A stretch of 41,222 nucleotides of DNA from the IMG/VR virus record IMGVR_UViG_3300027811_000086, positions 1-41,222 of that record, one strand, 5' to 3'. This DNA comes from a virus. Taxonomy: Duplodnaviria > Caudoviricetes. The notes under the pieces were generated by a model, which saw only the letters and a list, made by a program, of their open reading frames with translations, was not told the origin of the DNA and did no database searches. A program made the translations under genes and the position numbers. The number at the start of each line of letters is the position of its first letter. The first letter of the stretch is position 1. This document shows, piece after piece, positions 28,762-36,012 of this stretch.

Positions 28762-29317
28762 TGACCTGGCCTTTCAATGCAAACCAATAAAGTCCGTGCC
28801 GGCCGGCCGACGTTGTTACGAAGCCCTGCACGACGGACGCTCTGCTATTGGATAAAATTATCGCGGCTTTTTCAAGATCTTTTTGCCGTAATAAATAAAA
28901 CTTTAGCTTATCCATAAATGTCGAATATGGCGGCGCTTCCCCTAGTATTTTAAAATATATTTCCATTTCACTTTCGTACGCGCCACATTCTATGCGCATT
29001 CGAAAACGCGGAGAAAAAAGATACTGCAAACTAAAAGAAAAAGCCCGTCGATATTGCTGCGCTCTGTGTTGGCACTCATGTGTAATTAATATGATCTGTG
29101 ATAGCAATGAGCTCTCTTGTTCCCCCGGCACAATATCGGTATAAAGCGTTCGGCCAAGCATGGTCGAAAAACGCGGCCAGTCTTTTTTTGAAATCCCCGT
29201 GAATGGCTGGATGAGCGCCATGAGCCATGACCCTGTTTTTTTCTTCACGCGAATTTTAAATTTCTTCGTCATGTACGCCCAGTATTTTTTGACAGTTTCT
29301 TCCGTGAGTTTGATCAT
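28754..29317 (-). CDS. Putative zinc metallopeptidase-like protein (HExxH)
   Basis: ITHECQH..Q followed by YLF..R...E..AY..E pattern. Confidence 0.55.
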   Translation of the reverse strand: MIKLTEETVKKYWAYMTKKFKIRVKKKTGSWLMALIQPFTGISKKDWPRFSTMLGRTLYTDIVPGEQESSLLSQIILITHECQHRAQQYRRAFSFSLQYLFSPRFRMRIECGAYESEMEIYFKILGEAPPYSTFMDKLKFYLLRQKDLEKAAIILSNSRASVVQGFVTTSAGRHGLYWFALKGQVND

Positions 29318-29320
29318 TTT

Positions 29321-29830
29321 TCACCTAACTTTCTCCGAGATGTAAAGACCGCCAAACACACCCGCGGCAGCGATCGCAACAATAGTCGCTGCGCACCAAA
29401 ACCACGCTTTGATTTCTGCGCGGGAAAAATCCTTCGCACGCGCCTTCTGCTCCGAGTCAAGCAGTGCGCTCATTTTGTTGAGCCCGTTTTGCGTGTTGTT
29501 TAGCTGCATTTGAAAAAAAGAGATCTGCCGTTTTTGTGCCACTGTAGTTTCGTCGAGCAGGAGCACCTTGAGTTCTAGCTGCGCAGAGTAGTGCCAGAGC
29601 CAATCGTAGTCAGTGAGAATATGTGCCATTGTAACCCATTGGTCGTAGTCGAAAAGTTTGTACTCAACACGCGGTTTGAACACTGTTTGTGCGCCCGCGT
29701 CAGTCGTAGGGGTTAGGATAGATCCTTCCGGCGGCTGAATTAAATCCGGTCGAATTTGCTGCTGGGCTTTTGCCTTTGCGCAGCACAGCGTCAACAGCGC
29801 GAATAGTACGAGCCTTATTGATGGCCTCAT
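29321..29830 (-). CDS. Putative spanin-like envelope protein (signal peptide, coiled coil, C-terminal TM)
   Basis: MRPSIRLVLFALLTLCCAKAKA signal; C-terminal hydrophobic helix; overlaps the upstream gene by 131 nt. Confidence 0.45.
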   Translation of the reverse strand: MRPSIRLVLFALLTLCCAKAKAQQQIRPDLIQPPEGSILTPTTDAGAQTVFKPRVEYKLFDYDQWVTMAHILTDYDWLWHYSAQLELKVLLLDETTVAQKRQISFFQMQLNNTQNGLNKMSALLDSEQKARAKDFSRAEIKAWFWCAATIVAIAAAGVFGGLYISEKVR

Positions 29831-30125
29831 GCGTCTTCTCCCTCTCTACTGCGCTCGCTTGAATCTGCTCATCGAGCGCGTTGATTTGTTCTTGCAGCGC
29901 GAAGATCGCGGCGTCGAGTTCCTCAATCCTTTTTTGTGCCTCTATATTTGCCTGATTGACCTGCTCAAGAATTTGTGTTTGCTCTGTGTCTGTCGAACTC
30001 GCGCAACCTTTTGCCGAAAAAATAAAAAACAAAAGGCCACCGACGACGACAAAAAAAACACTTACCGGCAAATACCAATGCTGCTTTATCCACTCACCTA
30101 ACAAAAACCATTTGTACCTTTTCAT
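29700..30125 (-). CDS. Putative inner-membrane spanin (Rz-like)
   Basis: N-terminal TM followed by a long coiled coil; follows the holin-like gene. Confidence 0.55.
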   Translation of the reverse strand: MKRYKWFLLGEWIKQHWYLPVSVFFVVVGGLLFFIFSAKGCASSTDTEQTQILEQVNQANIEAQKRIEELDAAIFALQEQINALDEQIQASAVEREKTHEAINKARTIRAVDAVLRKGKSPAANSTGFNSAAGRIYPNPYD

Positions 30126-30409
30126 ATTTCGTCATCCTTCGGCGCCGGCGGAGGAAGCGTGACGGGCGTCCCAGGAGAGCGCTGCGCTAGCACCATGCCG
30201 CGCAAATACTTATCTAGCGCCGCCTGCTGGCCATTAAAACCGAACGCGATCGCGCCCATCGTGAACACGATGCATGTCATGTACGCCGATAGCGGCCAGC
30301 CTAGCGCGGGCTGTGTATAGAGGGCAATGAGCGCGAGCGCGCTTAGCAAAATTTCCATCAACAAAAACGCGATGAACTTTTTCGATCTGAACCACGATTT
30401 TTCAAACAT
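30122..30409 (-). CDS. Putative holin (2 TM)
   Basis: SKKFIAFLL N-terminal motif, two hydrophobic helices, charged C-terminus; GGAG SD; head of the lysis cluster. Confidence 0.6.
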   Translation of the reverse strand: MFEKSWFRSKKFIAFLLMEILLSALALIALYTQPALGWPLSAYMTCIVFTMGAIAFGFNGQQAALDKYLRGMVLAQRSPGTPVTLPPPAPKDDEI

Positions 30410-30423
30410 GTTTTATTCTCCGT

Positions 30424-30627
30424 TCATACGACAATCCGATACCAGGCCTCATCGGTTTCGTATTTTCTGTGAAATCCTAGATCATATGCTACCCACAAAC
30501 AATGAAGACGGCCCTCGGCACAATCCTTTTTGAGTACGTGCGCACAAATCTCGTTCACGGCGTCCTCAAACGTTAGCATAATCCATTTATTTGGATTTTT
30601 CATTTTGAATTTTCTTTCGATCAGCAT
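30424..30627 (-). CDS. Small hypothetical protein (paralogue of 30998-31246)
   Basis: Shares IER..W..L..E.A..EI...CL...YET..A.YR with 30998-31246. Confidence 0.55.
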   Translation of the reverse strand: MLIERKFKMKNPNKWIMLTFEDAVNEICAHVLKKDCAEGRLHCLWVAYDLGFHRKYETDEAWYRIVV

Positions 30628-30769
30628 TTTTTATTTCCCAATCACATGCGCGGCGCGCGCATTGCGGATGGCGCGCGCCCGCACTCTGAGACCACTCTAT
30701 CTCATCGCCTTCAAATATCACTTGGCCGCATTCCTCGCAGTGCCCGTCTTGTTTGGCGATCATAATCAT
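30587..30769 (-). CDS. Small zinc-finger protein
   Basis: AK.DG.CEECG..I..GD.I.W......H..C pattern; ATGA overlap with the upstream gene. Confidence 0.6.
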   Translation of the reverse strand: MIMIAKQDGHCEECGQVIFEGDEIEWSQSAGARHPQCARRACDWEIKNADRKKIQNEKSK

Positions 30770-30978
30770 CGTACTCGCTCAACAGTATATGCGGAGTTTG
30801 CAAAAAAACGGCCTGGGTTGACTGGATGGTGTTCGCCGACGTAATAAAAAACAATTCCGCTTTTGCCTCCTCTTTTCGGCATCCCTTTGCCGCCCCACAA
30901 ATACTGACCGCGTTCTTTCGCAGCGGCCTTCGCCTCTTTTTTTTCGTCTCGTGAAAAATACTGTTTTAGTCTTGCCAT
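30766..30978 (-). CDS. Small basic hypothetical protein
   Basis: AGGAGA SD before ATG 30978 (MARLKQYF...); track start is 31056. Confidence 0.5.
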   Translation of the reverse strand: MARLKQYFSRDEKKEAKAAAKERGQYLWGGKGMPKRGGKSGIVFYYVGEHHPVNPGRFFANSAYTVERVR

Positions 30979-30997
30979 GATGTTTCTCCTTTTTTTA

Positions 30998-31246
30998 TCA
31001 CCATCTTCTCGGTGCACACTTATCATAAGCAGCGCCGAGCACGCGGTATTCCGCAAAAGGTGTTTCGTATTGTTGCGTATAAACTATTTTAAGAGCTAAC
31101 CCTAAACAAAATCGGCAATACTCGATCGGTGCTATTTTTTCATCTATCTCCCCAAAAACTGTATCGCTAATTTCTAATATTGCTTTTTCTATGGATAGTA
31201 TTGTCCATTCTGCGTTTGCTGTTTTTTTTCTTCTTTCGATGATCAT
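30998..31246 (-). CDS. Small hypothetical protein (paralogue of 30424-30627)
   Basis: AGGAG SD; shared motif with 30424-30627. Confidence 0.55.
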   Translation of the reverse strand: MIIERRKKTANAEWTILSIEKAILEISDTVFGEIDEKIAPIEYCRFCLGLALKIVYTQQYETPFAEYRVLGAAYDKCAPRRW

Positions 31247-31247
31247 A

Positions 31248-31478
31248 TTATCTCCTGATTTTTAGCGCGTCATTGACGCGATTTTTGAGCAACGCTTCCT
31301 CAACAATTTTTAAACTATCGCGACATTCCTTGAGCTGCGTCGCGCATGTGTCGAGCTCATGGGTTTGATTTTTGCAATCGACAATCAGTGGCGGTGTTTT
31401 TTTCGAGGCGTAATACCAGGCAATCGCGAGCAGTACCATACTCACAATCAGCGCAAGAACTTTAAGCGTGGCGCGCAT
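31248..31478 (-). CDS. Small membrane-anchored coiled-coil protein
   Basis: GAGGAGG SD; N-terminal TM then Cys-containing coiled coil; overlaps the SLT gene end. Confidence 0.55.
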   Translation of the reverse strand: MRATLKVLALIVSMVLLAIAWYYASKKTPPLIVDCKNQTHELDTCATQLKECRDSLKIVEEALLKNRVNDALKIRR

Positions 31479-31965
31479 GTTTTCCTCCTCGATACTTTTT
31501 CACCGCGGCGCGATACGCACTCATGCGGTGGCCGAGTCCTCGCCATGGCGCAGTGCATGAGTCGGTGGTGTAGGCGTTCACGCCCCCTCGTACTGTTCCG
31601 CATCTTGTGATGCATTTTTTTAACCATGTCGCCCCAGCCTCAATCTGTTGCGCGCTCTGCGTCAAATCAAATCCCTTTTTTGCAAATCGAGTGTGCACTT
31701 GCAGAAGGCCAACTTCGCCGCGCTTGCCGACCGCACGAAAATTCCATGAAGATTCTTTCGAAATCATCACGGCAAGTAGGAGATGATCAATGCCGTGGGC
31801 CGTTGCCGAGCGCAACACGTTGTCGATTTGATCAAGAGCGCGCTGCTTTCCTTTCGGTCCAAGATCGCGCGTCCAGTCTTTAACATACTCTTCGAGCTCG
31901 TCCCGCGCGTCCGCGTGCGCGGGGACGCACGCGAGAGAAAAAATTATCGCAAATATTATTTTCAT
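31462..31965 (-). CDS. Lytic transglycosylase (SLT domain) with Sec signal peptide
   Basis: LLLAVMISKESS (catalytic Glu), GEVGLLQV, QIEAGA.WL, AY; signal MKIIFAIIFSLACVPAHA; AAGGAG SD. Confidence 0.85.
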   Translation of the reverse strand: MKIIFAIIFSLACVPAHADARDELEEYVKDWTRDLGPKGKQRALDQIDNVLRSATAHGIDHLLLAVMISKESSWNFRAVGKRGEVGLLQVHTRFAKKGFDLTQSAQQIEAGATWLKKCITRCGTVRGGVNAYTTDSCTAPWRGLGHRMSAYRAAVKKYRGGKHARHA

Positions 31966-31994
31966 TTTTTTTCTCCTTCCTGTTTTTTTTCAAA

Positions 31995-32408
31995 TTATTC
32001 GCCGCATTCTTTGATATATTTATCTCTCAAAATTCTGAATACCAAATCAGGTATCGATTTTGCAATTGGGTATTTTGTCATATTTGTTATTCCGCGCGGT
32101 TCAAACGATTGATCTATAAATTTATCGGTAAATGCCTGTAATGGAACGCCGTATTGCAAAGCAATTGATACTGCGATCGCAAACGAATCGTAAATTCGAA
32201 ATTCATCGCCCTCTTTATTTAAACAAATAAAGATCTCCCCGAGTGTTCCATCGGTATACAGCCCCTCGGTGAGATACAGCTCTTGCAATCCGCTACATAG
32301 TTTTGTAGTAATCGCCTTTCGCTCGTCTGGTAGTTTTTTTCGTTCGCGTTTATTTATATATACTATTTTCTTACTGAATATTTTTTTGATAAATTTTATC
32401 ATTAACAT
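31995..32408 (-). CDS. Stand-alone TSCPD domain (C-terminal domain of class II ribonucleotide reductase NrdJ)
   Basis: RKKLP.ER..IT.K, Y..DG.LGEIF, FAIAVSIALQYGVPL...KF....FEP.G, SIPD.VFR.L. Confidence 0.8.
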   Translation of the reverse strand: MLMIKFIKKIFSKKIVYINKRERKKLPDERKAITTKLCSGLQELYLTEGLYTDGTLGEIFICLNKEGDEFRIYDSFAIAVSIALQYGVPLQAFTDKFIDQSFEPRGITNMTKYPIAKSIPDLVFRILRDKYIKECGE

Positions 32409-32428
32409 TCGTCCTTTTTTTTAGAACA

Positions 32429-32872
32429 CTAGCGATTTAATATCCATAGTCCTAATCCTATCGCATCCATAATATGCGTAGAGGATTTTTTCTGAACATG
32501 TGCACGCTCGCCCGCAGTCAATTTCGCAAGCGTGCGCTCCTTACTGATAGCCTTCGGCGTCGATCCTTTCCACTCACTCGGTTTTATAATATAGAGTGTA
32601 GCTATATATGCGTAAACCGCTCCAAGAATAACGCCTGCTTGCAGAGCAACCGTGATGAGATCGTTTGGATCACCTTTCCATCTTTGTACCGGATAAACTT
32701 GCGGTAATTCGATTGCGAGATCAAATGGAATATACGGGCAGCACAGCGCAATAAATCGCGCGGCGTCTAAAAGCCTTTTCGGTTTATGTTCATCCACAGA
32801 AACAAGCTCGCCGCTTTCAAAACACGCAAGACCAATTGTTTTACCCGGATCAATTGTGATGAGTTTGTTCAT
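32429..32872 (-). CDS. RuvC-like Holliday junction resolvase
   Basis: ITIDPG..IG.A, LAIE, P.EWKG, H..DAIGLG; ATG 32872 overlaps the upstream stop. Confidence 0.8.
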   Translation of the reverse strand: MNKLITIDPGKTIGLACFESGELVSVDEHKPKRLLDAARFIALCCPYIPFDLAIELPQVYPVQRWKGDPNDLITVALQAGVILGAVYAYIATLYIIKPSEWKGSTPKAISKERTLAKLTAGERAHVQKKSSTHIMDAIGLGLWILNR

Positions 32873-33510
32873 TTTTCGACCTTTGAAACCGTGATAGCTA
32901 TCGTGCGTTTTTCTTTCATTTCCCATCCCGGGATTGGCGGCGCTTGTCCGGGTTTAAACGACGCAAGCATCGCGTTGACGGCTTTCACGTCCACCCTCAA
33001 AATCTGTGTATGCCCTGTATTGATTGCCCAATTAATGAGATCTATCTCATTCACGATTGTCCCCTTCGTCGTTCGACGAATCGAGAGGCCAGGAACTTTA
33101 TCCAACACAAGCGCGTCAGATGCGGTGATGAGTCCGCCTCGCTCTTGTTCGGGCGCGTGCTCCACGCGCGCAAGCAACTGCATACGTTCTTTTTCGCAGT
33201 GTGTTACACCCTGCTCTATTTTTTCTTTGAGCTGTCCTTCGGCGTAATCGAGTGCCACGAGCGACGGAGAGAATGTTTTGTTGATGTCGTCGATGACATC
33301 CATGAGAGGCGTCACCCAGGTTTTTCTTTTTTCGTCGAGCGCGTTTTTCGTCTCCTTCACGATCGCAGTCATCTCAACTGCAACTACTAGATCGGCCTGC
33401 GACCTCACTTCGAGATCTTCAAGCACGTCAGCAATTTCGCCAATGTCATCGATCGAACTCTCGATGCTTTTTGAAACCTCTTCCATTTGCGGCACTATAT
33501 TTACGTTCAT
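32869..33510 (-). CDS. Coiled-coil phage protein (Gam/Gp157-like, recombination-associated)
   Basis: Long helix ALDEKRK..V.P....IN..F, C-terminal KVPG.S.R...VD..A.N...IPG; GGAGTA SD. Confidence 0.5.
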   Translation of the reverse strand: MNVNIVPQMEEVSKSIESSIDDIGEIADVLEDLEVRSQADLVVAVEMTAIVKETKNALDEKRKTWVTPLMDVIDDINKTFSPSLVALDYAEGQLKEKIEQGVTHCEKERMQLLARVEHAPEQERGGLITASDALVLDKVPGLSIRRTTKGTIVNEIDLINWAINTGHTQILRVDVKAVNAMLASFKPGQAPPIPGWEMKEKRTIAITVSKVEK

Positions 33511-33513
33511 TTT

Positions 33514-35400
33514 TTACTCCTCTTTCCATGGGATCATTTTCCCATTTTCAAAAATACGTTTTGTTTTTTTCGACCAACATCGCATCAACGTTGCTTCGGC
33601 TTTTGTCGGTATGTCGGGCGTCCATTTTTCCATCGTCTCGGCCATTACGTCTTCGATTTCCATTGCGGCGTCGTGGCCGGCTTCCTCTGGCGTTTCCAAA
33701 ATAATTTCATCGTGTACAAAAAGTACTGGGCGAGAGCCATACAAAAAAGAAGCGGGATCGTTGAAGCATCGTTTCGTCACTTGCCAGAGCTCATCTTTAT
33801 TGGAGTGGTTCGCGAGCGTCTGAAAAAACGCGTTACACGTATCGGTATAAAAGCAATTCGCTCGCTTGAAGCCGGAGCGAGGGTGCGTAAGAGTAATTGC
33901 GGAATTGCCCCCAATCATATTTGATACATATGCAAAATATTTCGGCATCTCTGGCCATTGCTCTAACCAGGCGACGCGTAAATCTTTTGCATCTTGCGAG
34001 GTGATAATAACACCAGAGTTTTTCGCATATTTGACAAATTTTTCTGACCCCATTCCTCCGGCATACCCGAAGTTTGCAGTCTTGGCGCGGTACCGTAATT
34101 CTTTCGCACGCTCCGCGTCGCCTCGCGCAAGGCGTAAAGCAAAATCGGCGTGCGGATCATAAATGGGATCTTTTTTATAGCACTCCGCGAGTTTTGAAAA
34201 TCCGAGAAGATCAATACAGCTCTGCGCGAGCGTGCGCAACTCTTGCGTCGCCATATCACAAGCGAGAAATACACTACCAGGGCGCGGCACAAAACACTCG
34301 CGCACGCCCGGCAGTCGCGGCGGGTTTTGAAGATTAGGTGCAGAACATGACGTGCGATCGGAGACCGCTCCCACGGCCCAGAAACTCGCGTGAATGGGGG
34401 ACTCAATCATGTGCGAGAGATAAGTTGATGTTGTTTTTTGCAGCGAGTTGAATTCGATCAGTGCCTCGAACGGTGGCCAGTTGCATTCGCCGAGTGTTTC
34501 CGCATCCGTACAAATGTTCCCTTTAGGTGTCAATGGAGGGTTTTTTAGATGCTGACTGATTGCAAGCCGAATTTCTTTTAGATTTTTTTTGATTTTAAGA
34601 GGCTCTTTGTTTGGTACACCAAAAAGATCAGATATTATTGCGCGCTGTGAAACCGTAGCGAGTTTGTTTTTTACCAAGGTGTCCGCAAATTCTTCCATTT
34701 GTTTTTGCGCGGTATTGATACCCTGCTGCACGCGCGCCCCGTTCGTGCAAATCCCCCACACCGACATGAGCCGAAGGGCAAAGTCGGCACGTGTATCGTC
34801 GTATTGCGTGGGGATCGTGTACTGTCGACGTTGCGCGCGCTCTTCTTGCTGCCAATAGAGATCATACGTGGTTTGGGAATCTCCCAAGGCGTATTCGCGG
34901 GCTTCTTTCGGCCACTGATCTTGTGGCACACCGAGCAATTCGGAATAGCGGAGACGCCACGTATTTTCGCCTTTTTCGATCGCTCGTTTTAGTCGCCGTT
35001 GTGCGAGGTCTTTTAAGGAGTACTCATGTTTTTTTTCAACTTCTTCGCCCTCTTCATCTTCCTCATTGTGGTGGCGAAATTCTCCACATTCGATGTCAAG
35101 CAGTCGTTCGCGAATTCCCGTGCAGAGCACGCCGTTCGCGTCGTAAGCCCGCCAAACAAGAGGCCAGATCTCTTTGTAATTGGCAAGCACGCAAGCGAAA
35201 TCGTAAGCGATAGTATGCCCAATTATTTTTATCTCGGGCGTTTGCCGTAGTAGGATGTCGAGATATTTTTCAATTTCGTCATCGCCGACAATGAGGCGAT
35301 TGCCGTGTGCGCTGCACGCCGATAGGCAAACAATTTTCGGCGCCATCTCACCGCGATGAAACAAGCAGGTTTCAAAATCTATCGCCACGATTCCGCTCAC
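33514..35400 (-). CDS. Family A DNA polymerase with 3'-5' exonuclease (no 5' nuclease)
   Basis: Exo motifs AIDFET, GHTIAYD, YALGD; PNLQN; motif A CDMATQELR; motif B RYRAKTANFG; motif C VHDE; AAGGAGG SD before GTG 35400. Confidence 0.92.
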   Translation of the reverse strand: MSGIVAIDFETCLFHRGEMAPKIVCLSACSAHGNRLIVGDDEIEKYLDILLRQTPEIKIIGHTIAYDFACVLANYKEIWPLVWRAYDANGVLCTGIRERLLDIECGEFRHHNEEDEEGEEVEKKHEYSLKDLAQRRLKRAIEKGENTWRLRYSELLGVPQDQWPKEAREYALGDSQTTYDLYWQQEERAQRRQYTIPTQYDDTRADFALRLMSVWGICTNGARVQQGINTAQKQMEEFADTLVKNKLATVSQRAIISDLFGVPNKEPLKIKKNLKEIRLAISQHLKNPPLTPKGNICTDAETLGECNWPPFEALIEFNSLQKTTSTYLSHMIESPIHASFWAVGAVSDRTSCSAPNLQNPPRLPGVRECFVPRPGSVFLACDMATQELRTLAQSCIDLLGFSKLAECYKKDPIYDPHADFALRLARGDAERAKELRYRAKTANFGYAGGMGSEKFVKYAKNSGVIITSQDAKDLRVAWLEQWPEMPKYFAYVSNMIGGNSAITLTHPRSGFKRANCFYTDTCNAFFQTLANHSNKDELWQVTKRCFNDPASFLYGSRPVLFVHDEIILETPEEAGHDAAMEIEDVMAETMEKWTPDIPTKAEATLMRCWSKKTKRIFENGKMIPWKEE

Positions 35401-35411
35401 GAATTCCTCCT

Positions 35412-35978
35412 TTAGAACGGTGCGAAGCCGGCTGCCTGACGCAACTGTTCTGCCTTCTCTCCCTGCAGTTGTTCCGATACTGCCGACCATTTACACGAGG
35501 TAAAAGGCTGTCCACTTTTTGTTGTTGTTTCTGTCGCTTCGAGGCGCACCATTCTTCCGCGACATGGATTTTCCGCGGTACAGCAAGCTCGCGCGCTCTC
35601 CCCATCGATTTCATCAATCGACACGTTGTTGAGTGCGGCGAGAAATAATTTCACATTTCCAGGGCTCGGCAAATGTCGCAGATTGCAAATCCACGCCATC
35701 GATGATCCCTTCGGGCGCGCGGCAACATTCGACTCGACGATGGAAAATTCGGCAATGAAAAAAATATCGCCGGGGGTTTTACCTTTCTTCATTTTGAGCG
35801 CCTCACAGTAGAGCGCCGGATAAAGTCCAGGCAGCGGATACGATGATCGATCTGATGGTTGTGCGCTACCGATACGATCGAACGGATCAGCATCGTAATC
35901 CAATTGCTGATTTTGCATCGGTCGTTGTGTTTGGGTTTGTGTTCCTTTTCCAATTCCCAGTTTTTCTTGCAATGACAT
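35412..35978 (-). CDS. Putative single-stranded DNA-binding protein
   Basis: OB-like beta pattern (LPG.Y, FIAEF.I, GRMVRL), ends in aromatic APF; between helicase and polymerase; AGGAGA SD before ATG 35978. Confidence 0.55.
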   Translation of the reverse strand: MSLQEKLGIGKGTQTQTQRPMQNQQLDYDADPFDRIGSAQPSDRSSYPLPGLYPALYCEALKMKKGKTPGDIFFIAEFSIVESNVAARPKGSSMAWICNLRHLPSPGNVKLFLAALNNVSIDEIDGESARACCTAENPCRGRMVRLEATETTTKSGQPFTSCKWSAVSEQLQGEKAEQLRQAAGFAPF

Positions 35979-36012
35979 TTTCTGTCTCCTTGTTATCCGC
36001 ACTTTGCGGATG

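Noticed and set aside
33514-35400. Polymerase as DpoZ of a 2-aminoadenine genome
   Set aside because: No purZ, datZ or mazZ-like gene in the window, and the motif B Phe is retained; unsupported
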